NCBI RefSeq assembly: GCF_009914755.1
Contig: NC_060933.1
Source: the human T2T-CHM13v2.0 reference genome, Homo sapiens
Direction: 5' to 3' (one strand)
DNA length: 64,000 bases
The position numbers and the translations under genes were made by a program. Within the stretch, counting starts at the first letter, position 1, and each line of letters opens with the position of its first letter. The notes beneath the pieces were generated by a model, which did no database searches, was not told the origin of the DNA, and worked only from the letters and a program-made list of their open reading frames with translations. This document shows positions 18,079-31,455 of the stretch, piece after piece.

Positions 18079-20229
18079 CTACAGGGCGTTCAAGTAAAGG
18101 GTTAGAATACAGAAAGACAACGGAAAACATAGGAGGAAACTTACCTATGAAACAGTAAACAATACCAAAGAGATTCACTCTGTATTATGGCAATTTAAAA
18201 TGTAAATCGTGATTTGAAAGGAGTAGGTAGTTAGATCCATTGCACAATCCTGAGGAAATAAGTTTCATGCCCCAGTCCTCTGGTTCTGTCTGCTCTCAAC
18301 CACTCTTTTTTTTTTCTTCCTTTTTTAGATTTTACCCAAATATGTGGCAAGTTAAGACAGAAAAAAGAAAGATGTGAGGTGTGTATGTATTGTGAACAGT
18401 TTGTTTGGGTGGGGGTAGGTGAAGGAAAGTTGAGATACTACAGGAAAATGTCTCCAAGAAAAAAGTTACAATGGATTTTTTTTTAACTTTGAGAAAAAAA
18501 AAAGTATAAATTAGGAGAAAAAAGGGTAACTTTCAGCCCCACAAATTCCTGGGACCTGAATGAATCTTGTGCTTTTATCCCATGCAGCTGAAAAGAACTG
18601 CATCAAGGGGATGAGCAGCTGTCTAGTGTGAGAAAACAGAATCGTACAGCCCAGGTCTGAAGTGCGTAATTATAGACCAGATCCTCCAAGTTGCCCAGGA
18701 ATACACAAACCAGTAACAAAAATCAAAAATTGTCTTTGACAAAGCCCAAGTTAGAAAAAACGAGCAAATTATAAAAGATATCAAGTGAGTCAACAGGGCT
18801 GGGATGTTAAGGACAACAGCAAAGCAAATCTTTCTGCCATTCAAAAAAAAAAAAGGAAGTAAGATGTGTAAAACATTAGATCAAAGCTGATTCCTTCACC
18901 TTACCTGATCCCATATAACAGCTGATGAGATTCAGCTCATAGAGGTCTTTGGATCCTTCAGTAACTCAAACACCTTGAAGAGAGACTATGACTCTCTTAC
19001 TTTATTACAAAATCTATTCTATAATAGTTTCTAGCAAGAGTACAATATACTAAGAATGTTTTCAGCTTCTCTAAACAGAAGTTAAAGTTATAAAGGCAAC
19101 AGGCTAAGTTTAAAGGTATCACTGAAAGCTATGACAAAATCTCATATAAGTACACAAAACCAAGGAATAAAGATGACTGATGTTCCCTTAATACTTTCAA
19201 AAAAAAAAAATGAAAGGGATGCTGACAGATACAAGCAAACATGTAATTAACTTAGCCTTTGGCAACTTCAGTCTTTTTCTCATCTCCTTATACTCAAATA
19301 ATTTTTAATAATACCTATAATTACAACACTACTTAGAAATGGTTGGTTTTATACTAGAGGGTCAAGTAGAACACATCTTACCAGAATTAACATTTATCTT
19401 GACACTTCAGAAATCATTTTATAGTTCTACAGTTAATGGTGAACTGTAAAGCTGTTAAAAAAATTAAGCCATTTAAGATTGGTTCTTCAGAGGTGCTATA
19501 GATACTACATACAGCAAAAAAATTTTAATGCATAGGCATAAGCTCAATTATAGATTGGATGCCCTTTGATTTTAAAATATGACTCATAAATGTGTCTGGT
19601 TTATATCTGTTGAGTTATGATATAGATGATTTTAGTTATCCCAAAAAGCATTTTTTTAAAAAGAGTCTATCACTTTTACTTTAAGTGATTCTATGAGTCA
19701 TGTCTCTCAAAAATTAAAACTCCAACTTTACTGGTACCTTTTTCTCTACCCTTATCACCAAGTTGAAATAAACTAAGAAACTGACCAATATTTACTGCGG
19801 CACTGGTATTTCAGGTAAGGGAGTAAGCAATGGGACTTGTTGAAAGTCTGGTGATGAAAAATAGCAACAGGGAGTCCCCACTGGCCCAGATAGGCTGCAA
19901 TGCCTCTAAATTGTCATGACAGAGTAGCCAGCTGGTCAAAGGTTTGACACAGGAGAAATACCACCTGGCAAGTTTCTAGGGAATGAGAGGCAGAAACAAG
20001 CTAACTTGACAGGATAAAAACATCAGAAAAAGAAGCCCACCACAATTCCATCATGAACTTCTCAAAACTACCAATAACTGAATACATTTCTCTACTTTTA
20101 TGAGGATGACGCTGCCAGACAGCAATTCTTCTTAACTTCAGAAGAAAGTTAGTTTAAAGCATGATTCTCACATAAATCATATTCAAAATGTTAACAGGGT
20201 CACAAACCTCCTAAAAAAAAATTTACTAA

Positions 20230-20673
<444 letters not shown>

Positions 20674-21060
20674 TAATTTTGGAGCAATGAGTAAATTTGA
20701 AAACAATTCTGTTTTGGACCACATTTAATCCTGAAATCCGACCATTAAGCCAAAATACATAGAATAAGTTGGCTGATAGCAATAACTTAATGCAATACTA
20801 GACAAAGTAAAACAGAACAGCAAATGGTATAAAAATTAAAGCAGAGTTAAAACCAACAAGACAAGCACAAGTTTTTGAAATAACATTTTATATTTTGAAT
20901 TCATACATTTTTGCAAAATATACTGATTATGTAGAAACAAAGCCATTTAAAATACTATTAAATAGAGTGGCATAAAACAAATGAAGGCTGTTATTTCCTA
21001 AATCCATAAAACATTGTTAACATAGCTTTTATATGAAGAAAACAAACAACAACAACAAAT

Positions 21061-21090
21061 ATATACATATATATATATATATATATACAT
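21061..21090. repeat. (TA)n microsatellite next to the exon 21097 donor
   Basis: atatacatatatatatatatatatatacat. Confidence 0.95.
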
Positions 21091-21096
21091 GTGTAC

Positions 21097-21241
21097 CTCC
21101 ATCCTTCTTCTCCAATTCGTCCCTAATTAGAGGTGAGGTAAGTATCACCTTCAAAGTTAGCGTGGGCTCTTTTGTATTCCGAATTATAATAGATGCCTCA
21201 TTTACACATTGTTCCACTTGATATTTCTCTTCTGTGAGTTT
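21097..21241 (-). CDS. STRBP: STRBP coding exon 4 (145 nt, [11 protein letters not shown]...EKKDG)
   Basis: actttcag|AAACTC ... GATGGAG|gtacac; phase 0 to 1. Confidence 0.97.
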
Positions 21242-24200
21242 CTGAAAGTCACCAAGATTTCAAAATCACCCAGTTAATTAGACTGAAACCTCAAAAGAAA
21301 AAAAAACAATGCTTGTACTAAGTTCTCGAATGTTACTATTAATATTACTGTGCTCAAAGGGCAAAGAAAGCCTGTAACTAGTTCTTTACTGGGGATAACA
21401 CTTTTCTCTCCTCCCAACTTACAAGAAAACCCTCTTTCTCCATTCTTTAAAAAGCAACCACAATGTCAACCATCCATACAATTATGAAACAATATTTAAA
21501 ACCATTCTAATATTTGAAAGTAAAATGCCAATAGCATCAGTATGTGATAAATGGTAAATTGTTGTTCTTAAAATTATTACAGAGAACTATTATAAAATAA
21601 GAAATAGCTGGGACTGCTCTCCAAAACAATAGCTCTTTTTGTAGAGCAGCCTGAACAGGAACTCCTACTTGGCAAAAACTTATGAATATAGGATTATGGA
21701 GCTTTTTAAAGAGCACCAAATAAGCATGAATGAAAAAGTATCTCTGCACAGTCACTGACCAGGAGGAAACAATGAGTATAAACAAATAACTTCTTCCCTT
21801 CTCCGACAACAGGTCTCAGAGATCTTCCAATGGGACCTACCACTATGGGTCAAGTCATCTGACATCTACAGAAAACCTACATTGCTTCTTTTAACATACA
21901 AATATAAACAAACGTACAATTTAGGTAGGGGCCTCCCACAAAATAATCACCTGATCAGAATTATATATTAAGTTATGCTTAATATATTATTATACATTAA
22001 ATATATGATTTAAAATAAGTTACACGGGGCTTTTTTTCTTAGTGGTGAAATTTAGTGTCTATTACCTGACATACAGTAGCCAGGCTGAATAGGGACACTA
22101 CCAAGTCCCTGCTCATCAGTGTGTATTAAAAGAATTCAAAGTCACTTATGTAAAAATAGCATTTTACCATTAAACGATCCCAAAAAAGTAGGAAAGGGAA
22201 AACTCATTATCCTACTTTTGAATAGAGGAAGCCAAGGAAGGGAAAGGCCATACGTAGATAAAAGAACCAGAATATAAAGAAACTGCAAAAAACAGCTCAC
22301 ATTCATTTTGTCACTAAAAGAGCATTAAAGATGTCTATCAAAGAATAAATTGAACTTCATTTTTCAATTATGCATGTCGATCACCATAAGACACACCCAA
22401 AATAATAAACATAATATGCATTTTGTGCTAGAGTAATTTTAAGTGATTTCTGGTTTTGGTCATCCTCCTCCTCCTTTGCTCAAAGAAGTTCTAAAAGCAT
22501 CCTAGGAAAGAGTATGAAGAGAAAAGGTAAGGTAAAACCTCAGCTAACTAACGTACTTAGATAACTGAAAGTTTTGCTATGTTAAGTGCTCGGGAAAAAG
22601 ATTTTTGGTCCATAAGGAAATAATATCGTATCAGAGACTGGTTTTCCACACAAACACCATGAAAACTGGGCAGGGCAGGAGGGGCGGAGGGTGCTCGGGG
22701 AGAAAGGTTTAATTGTAAAAGTCACACTTAATTTCATGAATATTATTAGTAACAATACACTTGCACACATGTGTATATATGTGGGCATGTGTGTACATGT
22801 ATACATTTTAATCTGAGATTAGTGTACAATCATCATCCCCATTTTACAAGAAAATGTATCTTTACCCAAACATAGATTTATTGTTGGAGAAATCTATTAG
22901 CTATGTTAAATTGAAAGATACTTCTCCTAATTTCCACCATTAGTCTTAAGAGTTCACACCTCTTTTACCTTCTGCCAGACAGCATTTCGAAGACCTAAAG
23001 GTATTTATATCTTTTTTAGTTTCTTTAGCCTAAAAAGCTTCAGTCTCCTAAAATTTGAGATGGTTTGTATACCCTGTACACCCTCCAGGGTAACCCCCTT
23101 GAATACTTGCTAACTAGACAAGAACCTTTTTAAACTGCGATGCTCATAAATAAAGACCCTCACTCAAGAGAGAAACAATGTGGAGTTTACAAAGTTGTGA
23201 TCTGCACAGAGAAAGCTCTAACAATGCCAACTAAAGCTTGGCCCAATCTTCTCTGTCTTCAAAACAGGAGAGATGTGATAGATTTTCTGAATAAAAACTC
23301 CGATTTACTGTTGCACTGGTTCTCAACCCCTTTTCAATGCTGCAACATCTGAGGATGAGGAATATGATCATTCTCATAAGAAACAAGATTCATGAAAGGA
23401 ACAGAAAGGGGGTGAGGTGGGTGAAAAAGCCACTAGTATGTCTGATTCTGATAATTCTACATGTAAGAGTAACGATGTTTACTATACTAACAGCAGAAAT
23501 ACAGATTAAATGCTAAAACAAAATAAAAATTGAAACGGGAACTTTATTAATATTCTAATAAACTACAAGTATAGTTAGCCAGAAAGCCCATTAATTAGCT
23601 TTCCACTTTGTAAAGCTTTATTGCATGTTTAATACATAAAGCTATGTTCCACTCTCCTTCCTCCAAATGATCACAAAAGGATTTTTTTAAAAGGGAGGGA
23701 AAGGTAAATAGATTCAACCCTATAAAAGACCAGAAAACATTTCTCCATCAAAATTGAAAGTGGAAAAGCCAAGTATGTTCTGTCACTTTAAAAACCATAT
23801 ATTAAGACAAAATGATAACATAGTGCCCCCAAAATTAATACAGGAGAATGTGCCAATCAGTAAAATAAATCTGAGTGTCAAGAATGGTACTAAAAAATCA
23901 GAGATGGTTTTGAGGGTCAGCTAGTGAATATGAAAGAAAATGATCTAGTAACAAAGCTAAGAAAAACAAACTTAGAATTCATACATCTTGAAAAAAAGAC
24001 CCCTTTTAAAAGATATACAAATAAAAGAAACTAAATTTTAAAAAGTGAGTGGTGGTGGGGAGCATTCAACAATTCACAAGTTTGGACTTAGAGGCCAACA
24101 TCTATTTCTGTGGCATTGATATGAAGACAAACTAATATAAAATTATCAAAAGCTGTAATTTAATTGGACCACAGACAATATGCATCTGAAACTGAAGATG

Positions 24201-24871
24201 ATCACAGACTCCCAATCAGTGATGCAATGAGTCCTTGGGGTAGGCTGGCAGGGCAGGTCCTAGAATGACCAGAACCCCAGAATGGTTACCTTCATCCCTG
24301 AGGAGCCTTCAGCCTTCAGCAGCATCCTCCAGGGAACATGCCAGCATCATATTTTTCTAAATGCATCCCAGTGTAAAAAAGGTTTGGAGACAAGAAATAA
24401 ACAGTAATTTCCATTAACAGAACAAAGAGGTGGCAAATTAACTGAGTCTTCAGTTTTAAAAATTACTATCTATGAAAGTCTCTCGTTGATAAGAAAGTCT
24501 CTTAGTCGCTAGAAAGTATCTAGGCTGTTTTCAATCTTCCAATTCTTTTCTGCAGTATACCAACCCTTCCAAGAACTTTATAATGGTGAGACCTAGCCTG
24601 GAAAAAATGAAGATTCTCAGCAAGATACAACGGAAAAGTTTAAGATGGTACCTTAATGGCCATCTTAATTTGGTAAATATATCCTGAGTACAAATCACCA
24701 GAAGTTTGCTTTAACTGTGATGAATTAGTCATTGACCCAGAGTAGCAGTACTCATTTTGTCTGTGTCTATCCTATTAGCTATTAGCAATTCTGGTTAATA
24801 ATTTTTTCAAAGTCACTACCTATTTCACCTTTTTACAAATTCGCCTAGAGGTGCAGTTAAACTGTACTCAC

Positions 24872-25037
24872 CTGAATCTGAATAGGAAGATTATCTTTGA
24901 CTGTATTTAACAGGGTCTCTGTGGGTTTGTCTTTGCACATTAAAACCAGCTCCAAGTCCATATCATCTTTAATCAGCAAGCCTTTTGCAACCAGGCCAAT
25001 CCTCATTACACCACACAATGTCCGACCACCTTGATCC
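24872..25037 (-). CDS. STRBP: STRBP coding exon 3 (166 nt, [14 protein letters not shown]...LPIQIQ)
   Basis: tttttag|GGATCAA ... ATTCAG|gtgagt; phase 2 to 0; DZF-family motif [13 protein letters not shown]. Confidence 0.98.
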
Positions 25038-25348
25038 CTAAAAATAAAAGTCTGCATGATTACTTTCACAACCTATTTCCCAAACTATAACTTAATCATC
25101 ACTTGGCTTCCTGAATACTCTTACAAACTGATAAGGGAGTATGTAAATCCAGACATCCAAGTATCCACAAAATTAAGCCTCAGATTTGAGGCTTATAAAG
25201 TATCTATCTTCCCTCAAGGAGTCAATGGGGAACGTATTTCATACTACAGATCTTGTAATTCTTTACTACATTTATATTGCTTAAGAAAACTCAAAAATAC
25301 TGTATTCTCTTAAATATTTTTTCAAATTGTTCTTTTAAATTTCCTTCT

Positions 25349-25645
25349 GGCCAGGTGCAGTGGCTCATGCCTGTAATCCCAACACTTTGGGAGGTCAAGG
25401 CAGGAGGATCATTTGAGCCCAGTAGTTCAAGACCAACCTGGGCAACACAGTAACACCCTGTTGCCACAAAAAATGTAAAACAATTAGCCAGGTGTAGTGG
25501 CATGCACCTGTAGTGCCAGCTATTCAAGAAGCAATGGAGAGAGGATTGTTTGAGCCCAGGAGGTTGAGGCTGCACTGAACCATGTTTGCACCACTGCACT
25601 CCAGCGTGGGTGACAGAATGAGACCCTGTCTCAAAAAATAAAAAT
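25349..25645 (+). mobile_element. AluJ
   Basis: Diverged dimer with ttgagcccaggagg J-type positions. Confidence 0.93.
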
Positions 25646-26553
25646 AAACTTCCTTCTGTGTTAGTAGTAATTAGGCAATTTGTGAGGAACATGAATACCA
25701 CTGTATATTGGGAAAGAACATCAGCACAGAAATCTAAAAGACCTGGATTCTACTCGTAGTGCCTGCTGACTCAGTATCCACAACAGTAAAATGACTATTG
25801 GCTAGATGAGCTAAAGTTCCTCCCAACTATATCATTCTAAAGTGCCTCCCTTTCTATATCAGCTTATGGGGAAAGCAGAAAAATGTGATAAAAGTATAGA
25901 GCTAAGGAAGGAAAGATAAACTGCCAGCATATGCATTCCAAATCCAGGAGTAGCTAAAAGAGCAAACACTCAAAGAAATCAAGTCATAAATGGTGCATAA
26001 GAAAGGTGCTCATCTATCCTTGATTTTAATTCTAAAAGTTTCTTATTGGTTCATTTCCCTTAATCACAAATGAAAATAGTAACTAAGTTTAACCGTCTTT
26101 CAACAAATAAGCAAGTGTTTGGGTATGGCAAACATATTTACAGGAGTTACAGTCTCTCCTGCTCCTGAGGCTTACTCTGTAGTTAAGCAACAAAAGCAGT
26201 AACAGTTTAAGTGCCCTATTTAAAAGGGGAAGAGAAAGTAACATCTGAGCACAAACAGGTGTCACATATTCTCATTTAAATCTCACCACAAGCCTCCATT
26301 TGCAAGACAAGAAATGTGAGCCTCAGAAAAGTTAATTGTTCAAGTTCACCAAGAAAGTAAAATGGCAAAGCCTAAATTCAAACCTAAGTTGTTTTGACCA
26401 CAACATTCAGGTCCCTTACATTATATGATTGCTTCCCAAGTTCAGAAAAGGGAGAGGTCAAAATTAGAGATGTCAAGCAAGGCAAACTGAAAGTCTGACT
26501 TCAGCAGAATCTTGATCTACCTAGATGGGAAACAGTCATTCTAGCTATAAGCA

Positions 26554-26590
26554 AAGAATCAGCAGAGTTGGGCAAGAATCAGCAGAGTTG
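26554..26590. repeat. Tandem duplication, 20-bp period
   Basis: aagaatcagcagagttg at 26554-26570 and 26574-26590. Confidence 0.9.
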
Positions 26591-27149
26591 AGAATAAAAT
26601 GGAAAGGGAGAAGGAAGAGAAACAAATTGTGGCAGTGGAAACTAGAAAGGAAGATAAATAATCCAGCCATGGGTTCAGTGCCTGGCACACTTATAGAGAT
26701 TCAATAAACATTAAATCAATGAAAAATGTTAAAGGTGGTATAAATATAGAAATAAAAAGCATTTTAAAGCAGGTGACCAAGTGTAGGCAATTGTCTGATA
26801 TTAACAATAGAGAATCAGTCATCTTTGATTTCTTCTTCCTCTGTATCCTTGTCCTCTCATTCTTCCAAGTCTAATATTGTAATGGTTTATAAATTATCCC
26901 TCTATAATCACCATCAAACTTGCAAACCAGTTTCTTCAGGCTTTTATTACCTCTCACGTAGACCACCTCAATAACCTCCTCCTTACTGGCCTTTCTGACC
27001 TCTGTCATCTCCAAAGTACTGTATACAGCAACCAGAATAATCTTCCAAAGGCGCTGATTGGATAACACTCTACCTACTAATTCATTGGTGTCCCACTGAA
27101 CACTTGGACACTTACCATATTGGAAAGCAATTTAGAAAATGACATCGCT

Positions 27150-27850
27150 TCCTGGTTCAAATCCTGGCTCTGCTACTTACTGTGTGACATTGGACAAATT
27201 TCAAATAACTTGACTTCTTTTGAGCCTGCTTCCTCATTTGTAAAACAGGAATAATACCTTTCTCACAGAGTGGTAGTGAGAATATATGTTAACAAACTTT
27301 GGCCAGAGCCCAACAGATATTAACAGCTCAATAAACAACAGTTATTATTCCTTAAACAGTTCTATACTTTCTCATACCTAGATCGGTGCTGAGATTTATT
27401 TTTTTCTTTCACTTTCACCACATGCCAAAACCCTACCCCTATCCATCCTCTGAGCCTATTCCAAGTGCTACCTCCTTCATGGAGCTTTTGCAGATTTCCA
27501 GAACCAGCACATCATCGTCTCTCCCTGCTCTGTACTTTCACATGTTATTCACAGGAAACTGAAGAATAGATGCTAAGAAAACTGGATCTGGAGTCAGAGA
27601 AACTTCAATATGAGTCCTGGTTCAACCACACATATTTACTAAGTAGCCTTAAGCAAGTTAAAGTTTGTTAATGATTCTGAGTCACTCTTTTTTTTATAAG
27701 CAAGTTTGGAGCACAGGAAATTTCACAAGTAAAACAGGAGTGGAGAAAGGAAGATAATAATATTAGAGACTGGTAGATTTGCTGCAAGATAGTAGGAAAA
27801 GTATGTGGTACAATAGTTGGCACTCAATAAACAGTAGCTGTTATTAGCTC
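27150..27850. mobile_element. MIR fragments
   Basis: ggttcaaatcctggctctgctacttactgtgtgac...ttcctcatttgtaaaacagg; ctggagtcaga; boundaries approximate. Confidence 0.7.
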
Positions 27851-28479
27851 AGTTATTAAATTCTAAACCATAATTATGATATACTTGGTCTTATCAGCCC
27901 ACAGGTAGAAGACAGCATGATTGAGCAAAAAATCAATTCCTAATTCAAACAGTTCTGAATTTCAATTTAAAAATTGGAACATAGCAGTTATTGTAAAGCA
28001 AGCAACCCAATGTATTTGAATTTACTATATGTGAATTTAAAATTAAAAACAGAATTCTAATATTCCTAATAATACATATTGTAGGACCTTGTATAAGTTA
28101 TTTGACTTTTGAATCCATTTTGAAAAAGGTAAAGCATTAAGTTAAATTAAGACAGCATAGGTAAAAGCTGCCTAACCGTGCCTGGCAATGGAAAATGCTT
28201 AATTGCTTAATAAATACAAGCTACCCCCCACCCATCTCTGTGTCCTTCAGAGTGGTTAACACTCACCAGGCGCACAATATATGTTTATTACCAGAACACA
28301 ACTCTGTCCTTGGAATACATGCCAGCCTCTGATATAAGAATAGAATCTCATTCTGCACTCCTTGAGTTCCACCACATGGGAAGGATCATAGGCAAGGGCT
28401 CACCCAGGGACTGTTCCACAAAACGGAAAGACTGTACATAGACAACCAAGAGCATCCACACACAGAAGTATAAAATCCA

Positions 28480-28790
28480 GGCCTGGCATGGTGGCTCATG
28501 TCTGTAATCCCAGCACTTTGGGAGGCCAAGGCAGGATAGCTTGAGGTCAGGAATTCGAGACCAAATTCGGCAATGCAGCAAGACTCTGTCTCTCCAAACG
28601 AAATTCTTTTTTTTTAAATTAGCCAGGCATGATGGCACACACTTATAGTCCTAGCTATTCAAGAGGCTGATGTAGGAGGATCACTTGAGCCCAGGAGTTC
28701 AAGGCTACAATAAGCTATGATCACACTACTACGCTCCAGCCTGGGCAACAGAGCACCCTATCTCTAAAAAAATAAAAATAAAAATAAAAC
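28480..28790 (+). mobile_element. AluJ
   Basis: Diverged dimer with (AAAAAT) tail. Confidence 0.93.
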
Positions 28791-30201
28791 TTCAAATAAA
28801 AGTATGGAGCATATTATCCTGTACAAGTCTTTAAATCACAGACCTCATCCAGTTAAGCAAGTCTATAGGAGTGCTTTCCAAAATATGCCAGGCTTGAGAA
28901 GAAACAAAATTAGAAAATGTATTAAAAAGACATAAACTTCACTGAAATGTATACTTACAATTAGTAAAAATAGCAAATCTTATGTTATATATTTTACCAC
29001 AATAAAAAAATTTTTAACATGACATAAACATGTAGCAAAGTGCAACTTAAATCTGGAATACGTGACTATTTAACTTGCACAGGAGCTGAGATACATATAG
29101 AACTAAATAATTAGATAACATTACTAATGAACATGAATTCCAAATCTAACAGTAACATTTGTACAGACATCATATATGAGAAAAATTACACATTTCCAAG
29201 AACCTTCAGTGACAAGACCATGACCAGACACAATGTATAAACTGCCTGTAAATAGTTTAAAAAAATTGTGCTCTTCAGCAATAAAACTGACACACTGATT
29301 ATCTTTGATCTGAAGATAAAAAAAGTTATACTATCTTTCAGTGAAGAAAATCCATTTATCAATACTTTCCTATTATTATTTACTTATCACACTGATTTAA
29401 AGTTAAAAGCTGCAAAAATTCTGTAACCTCTTTCACTTACAAATTATAGCCAAAGCAATGTTTTTATTCATAGAGTATAGTCAAATGAGCTCCATCTTTC
29501 AAAGTTAGACACTTATTCCAATCATTGTGACAACTGCTCAAAACAGTAACTTTAAGCTTAGCCTGGCATAAAAAGATTAATGACCTAACTCCAGGTACCA
29601 TTTCAGTTTCACTAATCTATTATTGTCACACTTAGAATATGCTACTATAATTGTTGAGGGGTGTGGGTCCCATTAGATCTTTATCCAATCCACAAATATA
29701 CAAAGAGCAGTTATGATATGCAAGACACTGCTAAATTCCTGGGAATCAGTGAGGTAGATACAGTCAAAAATACCTTTAAAATACATTTTCCTACACTCTT
29801 TCTTCTACACAAGGATTTTTAAATGCCTTACAAAAATGGTATTTTATGATCTCCCCAGAGATCAAAAACACTACTATTTATTTGAAAATTTAGGAGGCTG
29901 AATCAACACAGGAAAAAGATCATAACTTTGAAACATAATGATTTTAAAGGACTTGGTGTTCTCTCAAAAGGGATCCTAAGCAGGTCCATTTTCTTTCTCT
30001 GGCTCTAATCTTTATTCTTTACTTGCTTTCCTTTCAAATTTAACTCAGAAAATCTCCATGTAACATTTACTTCCTTGGTTATAGTCTCACATATGCATAA
30101 GACAAAATCCAAAAAACAGCATAACACACACTCAATCCAGCAGACCTTAGAGCTTTGCTGTGCACTCTAGCACAGCGTCCCAGAGGTCAGTCCACACTCA
30201 C

Positions 30202-30422
30202 TTGGAATAGTTTTCTCCGGCCTCATCTTTCTTCACTTCTGTCTCACCCTCTGTTTTTGTGCCTTTATTTGTTTCATCCAACCAATCTGAGACATGTTTA
30301 AGAGCACATTCAACAGTAGATACCATATTCTGAACAGCTTCAAGTTCCTCCGGAGATGGATAGATTGTTGAATGTTTCACCATAACATGGCGATCATCAT
30401 TAGCAAAAGATCGAATAGATCT
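30202..30422 (-). CDS. STRBP: STRBP coding exon 2 (221 nt, [12 protein letters not shown]...ENYS-K)
   Basis: tctaacag|AGATCT ... TCCAA|gtgagt; phase 0 to 2; overlaps ORF 30198..30383. Confidence 0.98.
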
Positions 30423-30688
30423 CTGTTAGAAGGAGAACGAAAACAATTACTTCAACAAAAGAAACATCACCTGAAAAAGATGATATACAACTATATCTTT
30501 AGCCAACCCATAGCACTGACTGTCTACTGTGAAACAGTTAATACTGAAACAAGAAAAAACTGCTCCAGCGTGGGAAGTAAAATCCCATTCTACTGAACTC
30601 CTCACCAGAAAACAAGAGCTCTTCCATTCATGTTTTGGTAAGGTTCACTTCAGTCACTCTTGGCATTATTTATAAATAATGTTATCCT

Positions 30689-30958
30689 GGCCAGGCACGG
30701 GGGCACATGCCTGTAATCCCAGCACTTTGGGAGACCGAGGTGGGCAGATCACTTGAGGTCAGGAGTTTGAGGCCAGCCTGGCCGACATGGTAAAACCCCG
30801 TCTCTACTAAAAATAAAAAAATTAGCTGGGTGTCGTGGCATGCACCTATAGTCCCAGCTACTGAGGAGGCAGAGGTTGCAGTGAGCCGAGATCACACCAC
30901 TGCATTCCAGCCTGGGCAACAGAGTGAACTCTGTCTCTAAATAAATAAATAAATGAAT
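30689..30958 (+). mobile_element. AluS with right-arm internal deletion
   Basis: cagctactgaggaggcagaggttgcagtg lacks the usual ggctgaggcaggagaatcgcttgaaccc segment. Confidence 0.92.
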
Positions 30959-31096
30959 AAAGTTATCTTTTAGCTGAACCTACACATTCTGAATACTACT
31001 TCAACAAATGTCATCCACATCACACATCATCTGCAAGAATTAGATACTTCTTAGCTTCAAGAGAGTCCCAGAAATGCAGGATGGTGAGTGACTCAT

Positions 31097-31147
31097 AAAC
31101 TGCCAAAGACTTCTAACCTTTCCAAACTGCCAAAGACTTCTAACCTT
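31097..31147. repeat. Tandem duplication, 27-bp period
   Basis: aaactgccaaagacttctaacctt at 31097-31120 and 31124-31147. Confidence 0.92.
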
Positions 31148-31165
31148 AGAAAATTGAGATTTCAG

Positions 31166-31455
31166 GGCTGGGCATGGTGGCTCATGCCTATAATTCCCAG
31201 CACTTTGGGAGGCTGAGGTGGGAGGATCGCTTGAAGGCCAGAAGTTGGAGACCAGCCTGGGTAATGTAGCAAGATCCAATCTCTCCAAAACATAAAAAAA
31301 ATTAGCCGGACATGGTAGCAGGTGCCTATAGTCCTAGCCACTCAGGAGGCTGAGGCAGGAGGATCCTTAGAGCCCAGGAGTTCGAGGTTAAGTGAGCTAC
31401 CACTATGTCACTGCACTCCAACCTGGGCAACAGAGTAAGACCCAGGTCTCTATTT
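31166..31455 (+). mobile_element. AluJ
   Basis: Diverged dimer. Confidence 0.92.

Noticed and set aside
26554-31147. Short direct repeats (20-bp and 27-bp periods) as possible CRISPR-like arrays
   Set aside because: Two-copy slippage duplications without spacers, in eukaryotic DNA
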